DNA of 63,039 nt, counting the filler, from Collodictyon triciliatum (Eukaryota): NCBI GenBank assembly GCA_043381765.1. It is 11 parts of 11 records of this genome, joined end to end, with 100 filler letters (N's around TTAATTAATTAA, not from the genome) between each part and the next. Parts side by side here need not be neighbours in the genome. Positions count along the whole stretch, not along the records: positions 1 to 6,066 come from JBHJMP010004734.1; positions 6,167 to 12,227 come from JBHJMP010004735.1; 9 more parts are not named here. One strand, given 5' to 3'. The translations under genes were made by a program, and so were the position numbers. The notes beneath the pieces were generated by a model. That model was not told the DNA's origin, made no database searches, and saw only the letters and a program-made list of their open reading frames with translations. Positions within the stretch are counted from its first letter, which is position 1, and each line of letters begins with the position of its first letter. Of the stretch, positions 1 to 11,860 are shown in pieces.

Positions 1-48
<48 letters not shown>

Positions 49-287
49 TTTTTTTGTTTTTTTGTTTTTTTGTTTTTTTGTTTTTTTGTTTTTTCCACAC
101 GAAATGGAGGGTGAGACTCGTGGAGACAGAGGAAGGAGATGATGGTGGTGATGAAAAAAAAGAAAGGTATCTTGTGGACCGAATGAAGCTGTAAAGACAA
201 GCAGAGATAATTAAGAGAAGGAGGGGGAAATGAATCATGAAAGAGAGAGAGAGAATACTGTTTTAATGGGGGTTTCTTTTAGCTTAC

Positions 288-424
288 AACTCTCAGAATG
301 ATGACATATCCGAGCTTCTGGCATTGCTCCTCATAATTTTCCTCTGCAACTTTCTTCAGCTGCTTCTGAAAAACCGTCTTTGTATCCTGGCGCATCTCTT
401 CCCCTCTGTTCGTGCTGTTGCTAT
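288..424 (-). CDS. possible coding exon of an unknown gene (…EEMRQDTKTVFQKQLKKVAEENYEEQCQKLGYVIILRV)
   Basis: Open frame bounded by an AG acceptor and a GTAAGC donor on the minus strand; no recognised motif. Confidence 0.3.
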
Positions 425-1089
425 CTACCCCCTCCCTTATTAAATCTCAATTTTTAAAAAAAAAAAAAAAAAAAGGGAGGAGAAGGAGGGGAGGATATTC
501 CTAGATGTATGTATCATGATACGCAGCAAACCACAATAACTGAGTGGACTGGATAAACAAACGAATAGAGCCGAATGCCAAGCCTGGCATTATTTCCACA
601 CCAATCATCCACCCACCCTCAGTGCTGATCTCGCCCGCCAGCCGATCGATATGCAACCCCTTTTGCGCCTGGCACAGAGAAAATGACAAGGGTTGGGGCG
701 ATCAGATTCATCTTGACATCTCGGCCTATTTTTCCACATTAGGGCAACCCACTCCGCCCTCCCGGCTGACACGCAGAGAATAACCCACACGAGAGCAGAC
801 GAGCATAAGCCAAGACACACACACATACAGACGCACTCACACACAAGGCATTGCGGGGGCGATGTTGATATATTGTGCTGCGCAAACGGAGAAGGCGTGG
901 CCACGAGCGTCGCCAGCAACAAGGAGAGCGGAGGCCACCCGAACAGGGGAGAAGAGGAGGCAGAAGGGCAGGCTTAAAAAGAAGAAGAAAAAAAAAAGGG
1001 GAAGGGAAAGAGACGGAGACGACTGGGGAGGGTTGGGTTTGAGAGCAAGGCGGAGGCGGAGGCGGGAGGGAGAAGAGCGGAGGCTGAAT

Positions 1090-1833
1090 CTACTTGTCGC
1101 CTTGCTCGTCGCCGTCGCGGGCGGGCTCGCCATCGGCGGTCCAGAGGGAGAGGTTGTCGCGGAGCAGCTGCATGATGACGGTGGAGTCCTTGTAGGATTC
1201 CTCGCCGATGGAGTCGAGGCCGGCGACCGCCTCGTCGAAGGCCTGCTTGGCCAGCTGGCAGGCGCGCTCGGGCGAGTTGAGGATCTCGTAGTAGAAGACC
1301 GAGAAGTTGAGGGCGAGGCCGAGGCGGACGGGGTGTGTGGCGGGGAGCTGCTCCTGGGCAATGTCGAAGGCGGCCTTGTAGGCGACGAGCGAGTTCTCTG
1401 CGACCTCCTTGCGCGCGCTGCCGGCCACGTACTCGGCCTGGTAGCGGAAGTAGTCGCCCTTCATCTTGAGGAAAAAGACCTTGCTCTCGCCCGAGGACGA
1501 GGCCGGCACCAGGTGCTGGTCGATCAGGGCCAGGATGTCCGCGCAGATGCCCGACAGCTCCCCCTCCACCTTGTCGCGGTACACGCGGATCTGCCGCACG
1601 CGCCGCTCGTTGCCCCGGCTCTCCTCCTTCTGCTCCAGCGCCGACAGGATCCGCCACGCCGCGCGCCGCGACCCGATCACGTTCTTGTACGCCACAGACA
1701 GCAGGTTGCGCTCCTCCACGCTCAGCTCCGCCCCCAGGCGCCCAAGGCTCTTCACAGACTCCTGCATGTCCTCGTAGCGCTCCGCCTGCTCCGCGAGCTT
1801 TGCAAGGAATACGTGTTCTTCGCGGCTGGCCAT
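1090..1833 (-). CDS. 14-3-3 protein, intronless CDS
   Basis: Signature motifs [68 protein letters not shown]; strong GC3 bias. Confidence 0.98.
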   Translation of the reverse strand: MASREEHVFLAKLAEQAERYEDMQESVKSLGRLGAELSVEERNLLSVAYKNVIGSRRAAWRILSALEQKEESRGNERRVRQIRVYRDKVEGELSGICADILALIDQHLVPASSSGESKVFFLKMKGDYFRYQAEYVAGSARKEVAENSLVAYKAAFDIAQEQLPATHPVRLGLALNFSVFYYEILNSPERACQLAKQAFDEAVAGLDSIGEESYKDSTVIMQLLRDNLSLWTADGEPARDGDEQGDK

Positions 1834-3514
1834 TGTGCTCTTGTGTGTCTGCAGTGGGGATTGTGGGGTTAGAGGCTTTGGTCTCTTACTTTGTATGTGT
1901 GTATATATATGTTTGTGTATGTGTTGTGGTTAGGGCTTTTTCTTTTTCTTTTTCTTTTTCTTTTTCTTTTTCTTTTGGAGAGGTGGGGGTATGTGCTTGT
2001 CTCTGGTTATGTTTGGTCTGCCGCTGTCGCTGTCTTTGTGTGTGGTGTAGTGTGTAAAGGGAGTGACGTCGAAGACACGTGGCTTTAGGAGAGGGTGCGT
2101 GGGTGTGTGGATTGGTGGGCCAGTCCGGTTTGTTTTGATTTGTGGATGCGTTGCGGTTTGTCTGGGTGTGAGATGCAGACAAGTGTCCCGGACTGATTTG
2201 CACAGTTTGAGTTGTTCAGTTTGTTGGGGGAGGCGATTGTGTAAGGATCGAGAATTTTGAATTTGCTTTTGAACTTCAATTTCGTGGATTTTCATGGTCA
2301 TTTAGAACAGTAAAATATACACAGAATGCAGCTCGAGTGGATTGTGCAGACAATTCGCTTCAATTGGACAGAATGTATGAGCATGCGTGAAATCTGGACA
2401 AAATGGTGCGCCGTGTTCTCTTCTTCAAGCCTCTGGGTTATTATGGGTTCAGAAATTGACATATACTGATTTTTTTGGTTGTAAGTGGTTGTAATGGAAT
2501 AAACTGGAGCAACAGATATACCAGAGTGATAATAATATAATAATTTTTAATATAATAACAAGGTCTCATTAAAATTGGAGTTTAGAAATTATGAGTGTCT
2601 GAAATATAAATATTAACATTTAATTTCCACTAATATATGTATCCAGAAATAAGCTACCTGAATCAGTAAATTGAAAAAGTTGATTAATTTGGAGCTAACC
2701 TATTCTTCCAGAAATGGCATCTTCATTCAAAATCCGTTATATTTATACCGTATAAAATATACTACATATAGTATATTGTACTCAGAGAAACAGGAAGAAA
2801 TTTTCATTTACGAATCCTATCATCCCGCAACCGCCCTTACACCACCAATCCTCTTTCCGCCAGCTTTCTGTCCCTCCGCAGACCTTCCGCACGCTTCTGC
2901 ACCAGAAAAAAAAAGGTAAGCCGAGGCGGTATTGCTATGTCTCTCGTATCCGGAGGGTTGCAAACTCAGCGACTCTTTAGTAGCCTTCCTTTCTCTCCCC
3001 ACCTGCATCTGAAGTTACAAAGCTCTATCGAGGAGGTATCTAGAGAAAGCATCACACTAGTGTTTGCATGCCACCAATTGGAGTGTTTCAGAGGATTTGG
3101 TATCACAAAATTCAGATGTAATTTGGAGTCAGTACGGAATTGAGTTTCTCAGAGACACGACACTTTTCATTTCGGAGGTATCGTGCCACCCTTTGGCATC
3201 TATTAATTTCCGGAAATTAAGACGGGGTGAAATTTGTTGCAAAATCAGATCTAGACTGTAAAGTAAGCCCCAACCGGGACCGATCATTGGAAAGCCACAT
3301 ACACCCGAGCTTGATCGCCACAGTTCCTCAGCCTATTCTAATTAATATTAGTACCTCATCCTTAGCTGTTTTTTAGCCTCCTACCACTTTCTTACTCAAC
3401 AAACCCTGCTTACCAAACGCAACCTACGTTCCTATCGTCCCTGTGGTACAATTTCACACTTCTAACCCGTGTACTTCCACGTCTCTTACCTACCACTCTG
3501 CTGTCTTTTAGAAA

Positions 3515-4405
3515 ATGGTAAGTCACTCCCCTGTTTATTCGCAAGCATGTGATAACCCTTTTGATCTACACAAGCGCCACACAAATTGCCATCCAGACAA
3601 TTCATACGCAGACCTTATAACGCCAGGTCCGCCAATACGTCGTAGTTGGACGCCGCATCCCGAAGGAGGGCAAGACCCAGGACGACAGCTCCGAAATGTA
3701 CCGCATGAAGATCTTCGCCCCCAACGAAGTCATCGCCAAGAGTCGCTTCTGGTACTTCCTCTCCAAGCTCCGCAAGCTGAAGAAGGCCAACGGCCAGATC
3801 GTCGTCTGCTCCCAGATCCACGAGAAGAACCCCAATGTTATCAAGAACTACGGTATCTGGCTCCGCTACAACTCTCGCACTGGTACCCACAACATGTACA
3901 AGGAGTACCGCGACCTCACCCTGAACGGCGCTGTTGACCAGATGTGTGAGTAGCTCAGTTATTGTATGCAACACAAGAACTCTTCCAACTGGAATTGCAT
4001 TCCTCTCGTGCTCATCGCAAAGTCTCATAGACAATGACATGGCTGCCCGCCACCGTGCACGCCGCCCCAGCATCCACATCCTCCGCACTGACACCATCGC
4101 CGCCAAGAACGTCAAGCGCACAGCCAACCTCCAGTTCATCGTGAGTGTCATCAATATCAGTCCCACTCTACGTCGATGGTGTCACTGCAACCAGTCTCAT
4201 CACCCCACTCGAAGCCATCCCTTTTACTATGCCTTCACAGTGGGAACACATACCTTCACTTAAAGAGCCCTGTCCCACTAATACCACTGCACCTTCACAG
4301 AACTCCAAGATCCGCTTCCCCCTTGGCCGCAACTTCACCCGCCGCTTCACCAGCAAGAAGTACCGCAGTGTCTTCAAGGCCTCCCGCCCGTCCACCCAGT
4401 TTTAA
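3515..4405 (+). CDS. RPL18A: 60S ribosomal protein L18a (eL20); exons 3515-3517, 3627-3945, 4031-4140, 4301-4405
   Basis: Spliced 178 aa: [10 protein letters not shown]…[21 protein letters not shown]…[23 protein letters not shown]…MAARHRAR…[10 protein letters not shown]; three GT-AG introns in consistent phase. Confidence 0.96.
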
Positions 4406-4672
4406 GCGGGACCATAAACTGTATCGCTGCAAGCCTTCCCTCCGACTCAGTTTCACTGCCCCTGTTATTCCCATGACGAATATACAAGAATCAAAGCAAA
4501 ACCAATGTCACAACCAACAAAAAGGAAAAAAAAAAAAGACGAAAACCCGATGCCTGATATGCCGCACACATCTCCCCACTGGAAGGCACTCGGGCACAGA
4601 CAACAGAAAACCCGATCAACACGAACACGACACATAAACCCGTACCCGCAACAACTCTCAAACCAGACAGCT

Positions 4673-5896
4673 ATGCTTGCCACTGCAGTGAGCCGGCTTG
4701 CCCTCTATGCGCGGCCTTTGTCACGGCCCCAGCCCGTCCGCCACCTGCGCTCCCACCTGCAAAGCAACCTCGAGGCACTCGGCAGCGATCAGTCCTTCCG
4801 CCGCTCCCTGACATTCACGCTCGGAGTCGGGCTTTCTGCCGTGGGCGGGCTCTTTGTCTACGGCCAGTACGAAGTGCGCAGGCAGGACTGCGTCTGGGAT
4901 GCCTTCGAGCGTGCAAAGGCCTCGGTTGCGGTGCAGCAGCGCATCGGGCCGGCCGAGTCGGTCCAGATGGGCACCATCCTCACCGGAAACCTGCGGACAG
5001 ACCCGCTTCATCCTTCCCAACGGCGAACAGCCGAAATCTCGTTTGGCCTTCGCGGCCCGCTCGGGGTGGCCACAGTCCACTTCACAGCCCACACGGAGCC
5101 CAAGACAGCAGAGCAGCTGGAGCCATCGACCACGATGAAGCCTGTTGATGTGCCAAAGGTCTGGCTTCTGGATAATCTCACCGTCACCTGCCCGCAAACG
5201 AGTGAGCTCATCATCATGCTGGAGAACGGGAAGCCGCCCCAGTTTATCTTGCCGGCCGATGAGTTCAGCGCACAGGCAGATGTCTCGCCTGGAGCGGCGC
5301 AGGCATTGAATGTGGAAGAGACAAAGGATATACAGCCACACCCGCCTTTGGCAAACACGGCTGATCTGAACCCAAACGCAGGGCCGAATCAGGCCACAAA
5401 CGACTTCCCTTTGCTCTATATCCTTCTTGCTGCGGCGATAGGCACACCTCTTATGGCGGGTTCCATTTACTTGGCCTTGCGATGGAAGCGAAACCAGGAC
5501 TTCAAGGCGTTGACAAGCAGGTTTCTGCAGCATCCAGAGCTGGTCCGTGCTGTTGGCTCGCCAATCAAGATGTCTGGTGCATTTAGGGGTCTCTGGCAGC
5601 CAGCCGACTCGAAAAGCCCGCAAGGCGTGGCCAGTGTTGTCTTCAATGTTGTTGGGCCAAATGCATCAGGAGGGTCGAATCACACAGCCACGCGAGGCCT
5701 TGTTGAGGTTCACGTCCAGGCTATCCAGAACGAGCCAAAGGCAGGGTGGAGGGTTCAACAGGCCAGTGCCATCATCCCGCCTCATGGGAGGAGAATCGAC
5801 CTGCTTGCCGAACGCACAACACCTGCATCTTTCACACACAGAAAACACCATCACCACCCTCGAAGTGGCAGTGGCCAGGACGAGAAAGGAGAATAA
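4673..5896 (+). CDS. probable mitochondrial inner-membrane protein with two TM + Coa1/Tim21-like domains
   Basis: Likely start ATG at 4673 gives an Arg/Leu/Ser-rich presequence (MLATAVSRLALYARPLSR). Two units follow, each TM helix + 'V...G.P/A' + 'A.(I/V).F.(L/V).GP' + 'V...A' + 'W'. Confidence 0.6.
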   Translation: MLATAVSRLALYARPLSRPQPVRHLRSHLQSNLEALGSDQSFRRSLTFTLGVGLSAVGGLFVYGQYEVRRQDCVWDAFERAKASVAVQQRIGPAESVQMGTILTGNLRTDPLHPSQRRTAEISFGLRGPLGVATVHFTAHTEPKTAEQLEPSTTMKPVDVPKVWLLDNLTVTCPQTSELIIMLENGKPPQFILPADEFSAQADVSPGAAQALNVEETKDIQPHPPLANTADLNPNAGPNQATNDFPLLYILLAAAIGTPLMAGSIYLALRWKRNQDFKALTSRFLQHPELVRAVGSPIKMSGAFRGLWQPADSKSPQGVASVVFNVVGPNASGGSNHTATRGLVEVHVQAIQNEPKAGWRVQQASAIIPPHGRRIDLLAERTTPASFTHRKHHHHPRSGSGQDEKGE

Positions 5897-6066
5897 ATGT
5901 CAATCATACCGGATGTGGATACGCCAGTCACATTGACACCTTTCATGCCTAAACATACCGACGCCAGAACCAAAAAAAACAAACAAAAAACAAACAAACA
6001 AACAAACAAACAAAAAACAAACAAACAAACAAACAAACAAACAAACAAACAAACAAACAAACAAAC

Positions 6067-6166
6067 NNNNNNNNNNNNNNNNNNNNNNNNNNNNNNNNNN
6101 NNNNNNNNNNTTAATTAATTAANNNNNNNNNNNNNNNNNNNNNNNNNNNNNNNNNNNNNNNNNNNN
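6067..6166. other. artificial contig linker (44N-TTAATTAATTAA-44N); also at 12228, 18049, 24210, 30366, 35943, 42191, 48351, 54499, 60648
   Basis: Identical 100-nt block with stops in all six frames, recurring about every 6 kb. Confidence 0.98.
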
Positions 6167-6722
6167 GAAAAAAAGAACAAAAGAACAAAAGAACAAAAGA
6201 ACAAAAGAACAAAAGAACAAAAGAACAAAAGAAAAAAAGAACAAAAGAACAAAAGAACAAAAGAACAAAAGAACAAAAGAACAAAAGAACAAAAGAACAA
6301 AAGAACAAAAGAACAAAAGAACAAAAGAACAAAAGAACAAAACAACAAAACAACAAAACAACAAAACAACAAAACAACAAAACAACAAAAGAACAAAACA
6401 ACAAAAGAACAAAACAACAAAACAACAAAACAACAAAACAACAAAACAACAAAACAACAAAAGAACAAAACAAAAAAGAAACAAAAAAAGAAACAAAAAA
6501 AAGAAACAAAAAAAAGAAACAAAAAAGAAACAAAAGAAACGAAAAAAGAAACAAAAAAGAAACAAAAAAGAAACAAAAAAAGAAAAAAAGAAACAAAAAC
6601 AAAAACAAAAACAACGGAGGCAAGATGATCGCGGTTTTCTTTTCGCTCTTATTTAAGAAAAAAGAGTAGAGAGTACACTGAAGCTGCAAAGCTCTGGCAC
6701 AGCACCACAAGGTTGAAGTGTT

Positions 6723-8108
6723 ATGGTGATGTCTGCAGATAAGAGACGAAAGGGTAAAGGCGCGTACCAAAGTCATAAACCCGTTCCGGAGTTGATTCGC
6801 TTCGAGTATCCTCCGCCGTGTTGCTGTGTTATGGTCACCAATATCAGTCTCCAAACAACCAGCGCAGAATTACATCAAGCCTTTCAGCCTGTAGGATTTG
6901 TACTCGAAGCTAGACTTTTCCCGCCACCCTCCTCTTCTGTGGCGTCAGGTTTCTTTGAAATAAAATATCCATTGAACATTCTTTTTTTCGCTTACTCTAT
7001 CGCTACTTTTTTTTTTCTCTAGAATTTATATTATTATTTATCAGTGGGTTATGGAATTGTTCGTTTTTGCACACCCACATCGGCCAAGTTGGCTGCACAT
7101 CAAATGGATGGTGCTATCATTAATGACTATCCGTGCAAGGTAGATAAAACATAATGTTATCGGTTACAGCCAACCCAGAAGCCTAATATCTATTTGATTA
7201 TTTATTAATGGTATGACATTGCCGATAAATATGATGCACATCCAAACTAGCAAACACATCAAAAGTTTATACCAAACCCTTTATTTCATGGATTCTTAGG
7301 TTGACGTAATGAAGCCTGTGTCAAGAAAGTTCAAGAAACAGCTGTCAGTTGAGCAATCCACATGCTTACTGAATCACTTTCTTGGGTTCAATGGATGGTC
7401 AACATCTATCAAAGAGTTACAACTATCGAACCAAACGACACTAGCTTCTTCTTTAGAATATTTATGTGAGTTCTCTTGTCTCATTGAATTCAAATTTAGC
7501 CACATGAATAATACCCTTGTATCTGACGATGGCTGGCAAGGTTGGAAGGAGAGTTTCGTCAGAGATACCAAACTTAACGCTCGAAGTAATGCCAGAGAAC
7601 TTGCTCAACCATTTGAGTTACAAAAAAATGCAGAAAAATCAGAGCGATTGGGCACATTGCTTCTCCATGAGGGAACTTTACCACAAAACCTTTTGGTAGA
7701 TGATATCGCCCACCCTCGACAAGATTCAATGATCGCTGGACATTCAGAAAATGGAACTATAGTACAAGAGTATAAGGTTGTAGGTTCATTAAAAACACAG
7801 AGTCCATTGACATCCGATGAGAATTCGCAGACTGAGGAAAGCGATTCAGAAGATGATACTACTGAATCGCAAGATTCGAGTGAGGAGCGCGAAATGACTC
7901 AAATAGAGAATAGTAACTTTTCTAGAGACCAAATGACCCTGGATAGTAATGTGGTACGAGGATTTGGCCGGGGATGGGGCCGGGATACCAATAAGCGCGC
8001 TGCACTAGACAATGGGAGAAAGGTAGGTGCATGTTCGACTGTATTTATTTACTTATAAATTACTCTACCCGTTTTGATGGGCACACCTTCTCCGCTCTCA
8101 CATTAGCA

Positions 8109-8205
<97 letters not shown>

Positions 8206-8461
8206 CTCTTCTGCTCACCAGTTTTGATATTGAATATGTATCTATGTATTAAAATATGTTACATATAAACTTTACAATTAGCGAAAGAAAATATTGAAAC
8301 CCAAATTATTTAAATAAACTAATAAATAATAATGATGATACAAATAAATAAATCAGGGTGCTATCAAATCGGCCCGTTTGCACGCCTTGAACCAGATTGC
8401 CTTAGTTACCATGCCCGACGGCCGTGCATTTATTCAAAGAATATTGATGGAGGATGAATGA
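6723..8461 (+). CDS. RDM1: RAD52 motif-containing protein 1 (RRM + Rad52-like domain); exons 6723-6948, 7045-7139, 7300-8022, 8357-8461
   Basis: RRM (VMVTNIS…GYGIVRF…MDG), then LSVEQSTCLLNHFLGFNGWSTSIKEL (RDM1 RD-motif pattern), VVRGFGRG and C-terminal ALNQIALVTMPDGRAFI; splice phases consistent. Confidence 0.8.
8110..8203. repeat. intronic (CTAT)n microsatellite
   Basis: Direct reading. Confidence 0.95.
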
Positions 8462-8643
8462 TATGTAGTATTATTTTTTTGATTTTTGGACCAAAAAATA
8501 ATAATAATCATACAAAGAGAAAACATCTAGCCAGGAAAATGTGCCAATTTCAGTATGCTTTGAATTCTGCTTAGTGTTGTGATGACTAGAATTTCCGCTG
8601 TATGCATAAAGAAGGACTTTGCACAGACCAACATACATGAGAG

Positions 8644-11091
8644 TTATCTCGTATTTGATATCATCGCCTGGCTATTATGTTTCAATAAATCATGAACATA
8701 GTTAGGAGGCAGGTTGGTTGAGTTTCCCATCGAAAAGTCGGTCTCAACCCCGATGCATCTCAGAAGCCCAAGAGCAAACAACTTTATCTCTGTAGAAAAA
8801 AGAAAGAAAAAGAAAGAAAAAGAAAGAAAAAGAAAGAAAAAGAAAGAAAAGAAAAAGAAAAAGAAAAATAAAAGAAAGGAAAGGAAAGGAAAGCTGTTCC
8901 GCTGAAACTGACCCAAGTTCAGGCATACTGATTTTTCTAACAGGGGCTGTGCGTCGATGCCTTACCTGTCTTTTTCTTCCTTTTCTTAGCTGTATATTTT
9001 GGATATTGAACGTCTGTACAGAGCGTCACTGGCTCAATATCACTAACTCCAACACACCATTCGAAAGATTGGTAAACCTGGTGCGCTAGTATCCAAGTTC
9101 TCACCATTTTTTTCGCTATAGTCGTGTAGTGGTGAAGGCTGCCAGGAAAGATCCAACAGCCTGTTTTTATAAAGAGAGGTGCAGGCATATTTTGAGGATT
9201 AAAAGAACCTTCTTGAGTTTATTATTAGCGCTGTTAAAGTCCCTTGTCGAAAATACACTTTGTTTGCTTTCTGACCGATTGCATTCTTTACATATGAGAC
9301 ATCTAAACAACTTTTTTTTGAATTTCCTTTCGGATTCATATATTCCAGTTCTTTTTCACAGTTGCAACACATCTTGGAAGTTCTAAATTCATCTATACTA
9401 ACTGTATCAAAACGTTTGGATAGTATTTTTCGTAATCATCTTCCGATTGTTGGCATAAAAAGTTTCATCGGACATTTTCTGCTCCAGTCTCTATACGCCA
9501 GTGCAACATCCTTGCCAAATGTCTTTTCGATTCGATCCATACACATATGTTCACTTCTTTTTGTATTAACATAATGCCTCCAGTTCATCTTTCGAAAAGT
9601 TACTTGTTCATAAAATCTGGATAATTCTATCTGGTATCTTGATTTCATAGATACATATTTTCGAATTTTTTTCATAATCTACCGAGCATGAACTATGTTT
9701 ACTCAGTTCTATCTCTAAATCGATTAAATATGCTCTTAATGTCTCAAACTGCCGAATCTCTTCAAAAGCCATGAGACCAAAAGAAACAGCACTTTGTAAA
9801 CCTGTTTGTCATGCATATCCGTGAAGAATTGTATTTTTCTTTTTTCTCGCGCAAGAGCATTTTGTGATTTTTAAGAGATTTGCTATCATGTCTTTTGGGT
9901 GCCGTGTAACGTAATTTCTTACCTGTCTCATCCACCACGTAAACCAAATTAAACTTGCCTGCGTCCACTCAAACTATTTTTTTTTGTCGCTAATAAAGAT
10001 AGCTGCCTTTCGGAAAGTTCATCTATATAAACATATTCTTGAGGTTTTTTGATTATATTTGTATTTTGAATTTGAAATACCTTTCTTCTCAAACAATAAT
10101 GACACTGCCAAGGCGTCTGTTTGTATCATGTATTTAAAATTCTAGTCTCTTTGATGAAAGACCCTCTTCTTCATTTCAAAGAACTTATCCCATAGTGTCT
10201 CTTTGCATCCTGATGTATTCTTCAGTAATGATGTTTTTCTAGTTGATGCTAATACTTATCGAACATGCAGTATCTGGAGTAATATGACATAGTATATAGT
10301 TAGTTCTTATAGGGATTGGTTGAAGCAGTTTGGATACAATGTCATCAAAAATGGGATTCATGTAAATCAGACACGTATGTACTTATTTGGATTGACTTTG
10401 ACATCATATTCGATACTTTTTACAATATCGCTGGGAATGATATGACGCAAATGCGTTATAGACCATTCTTTATATTGTTCCGGTATTTCGAGATTCTTGG
10501 AGATGAATTATTTTAACTTTTGTAACTTTGCCTTTTCAATAGCTTCCGTAACATTCTCATCTTTAGGAACTGTTTGATTTATAAAGCGCAGTAACCTCTT
10601 TACAAAATGCTCCTTAATGTTATTATGATAAGATGTTAACATTTACTTCGCAAAGTACGGTAATAGATGAGTCATTCTAACCAACGGAAAGCGTTCTTCT
10701 CGGGACAAAAGGAATCGAAAATCATTGAGATAAAAAGTCATCATGTCATCCATCATTTCTGTTTTTTTTTTTTTTTTTTTTTTTTTTTGTTTTTGTTTTT
10801 GTTTTTTTTTTAATCTTGCGGGTCTATCTTGTGAAACTATTCCAACTGTCTTTAAAGCGAACAAAAAAACATTTCATCGATTGTTGGGACTTGTGATTTC
10901 AATATGTAACATCTTGCAAACAGATAAGTGTCAGTAACCAAATTATGACACAATAAAGCCGTATCGTTGATTTTTTCATAGTCACTCACATTCTTTACAA
11001 TCGACTTTAGAGATGTTTTCACATTTCAATAGCCTGGTTTTACAGACTTTAGACTCTCAGATTCAAGACGTTTTCTTTCCTTCATCTGAAA

Positions 11092-11170
<79 letters not shown>

Positions 11171-11860
11171 TCCCTTACAAAACTACCGAGTTTTCAATTT
11201 TAATAAAATTTTAATCAATCAGCCAATTTAATAAATAAAAAACAACTACACAAAATCAATTATGTAAAATTAAGCATCTACCGAGGCTCTCAAAATGTGC
11301 GCATTGTGGCAATCAAACACACAAAGTTTTTTATAAGTGATTTGAGACAAAACCCTGAGAGCCGATTCGGCGAGTTCGAAAGGACGGCTGTATAGCCATT
11401 GCAACAGAAAGTCAACACATCGGCCCCAAACAACATGATTAGCGCCGCAAGTGTGGATAGTATGGTTTTTTGAAATGCACGTTTGGTGGCAGGTTCATAG
11501 GGTGGGTTCTGTCTGGGCCAAGGCAAGGGCTTGTTTGTAATTTTTGAATTTTAATGATAGTACATACATCAATGAAAAATAAAATATAAATTGATTAAAT
11601 GAAAAGAATGAGATTATTAAGCGTTTTTAACATTATTATATACTAATCATACTATTATATTATTCAGGTTCTTTCTGGATCCATCAGAGCTCCTGCTTTC
11701 GTCAACCCAGATTTAATTTGATAGTTGTCATTGTGTTAAACCGCATTATATGTGGGTACACTATCGTTGTATAAAAAGTGTTGTGCCTTGAAAGGGATAA
11801 AACCAAGTTCGTCACAGCCTTTGTAATGAACTTTATCCATTTACAGTCTGAATGAGACCG
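8644..11860 (-). pseudogene. decayed spliced host gene with an ankyrin-like motif, interrupted by the Fanzor segment
   Basis: Exon ~11354-11529 reads LAALIMLFGADVLTFCCNGYTA (GADV…NGxTA ankyrin-like). Downstream exons ~8966-9160 and 8644-8790 are joined in frame by a GTAAGG…CTACAG intron. Frames are inconsistent between pieces. Confidence 0.4.
9222..11085 (-). pseudogene. Fanzor1 (eukaryotic TnpB-like RuvC nuclease) remnant with multiple stops and frameshifts
   Basis: Reconstructed across frames: NVKTSLKSIV…NNIKEHFVKRLLRFIN…KSIEYDVK…YMIQTDALAVSLLF…VDAGKFNLVYVVD (RuvC-I)…FRKMNWRHY…YRDW…IDEFRTSKMCCNC (RuvC-II + Zn)…CKEC…TRDFNSANN (RuvC-III). Confidence 0.85.

Noticed and set aside
862-1872. 336-aa + strand ORF and other ORFs overlapping 14-3-3
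   Set aside because: Antisense or alternate-frame shadows caused by extreme GC3 bias.
4141-4300. Intronic snoRNA in RPL18A
   Set aside because: No convincing C/D or H/ACA boxes.
4721-5623. 300-aa antisense ORF
   Set aside because: Shadow of the GC-rich Coa1-like gene; no motifs.
6067-6166. Regularly recurring TTAATTAATTAA as a biological repeat or CRISPR-like array
   Set aside because: It is an assembly linker in N padding; genes on different contigs are therefore not neighbours.
8700-9000. Short hairpins downstream of Fanzor as its ωRNA
   Set aside because: The region is better explained as host exons with a canonical in-frame intron, and the Fanzor appears 3'-truncated.
11281-11370. GGCTCTCA…TGAGAGCC inverted repeat as an ncRNA or transposon TIR
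   Set aside because: Only an 8-bp stem, overlapping the ankyrin-like exon/intron boundary, with no partner at the other end of the element.
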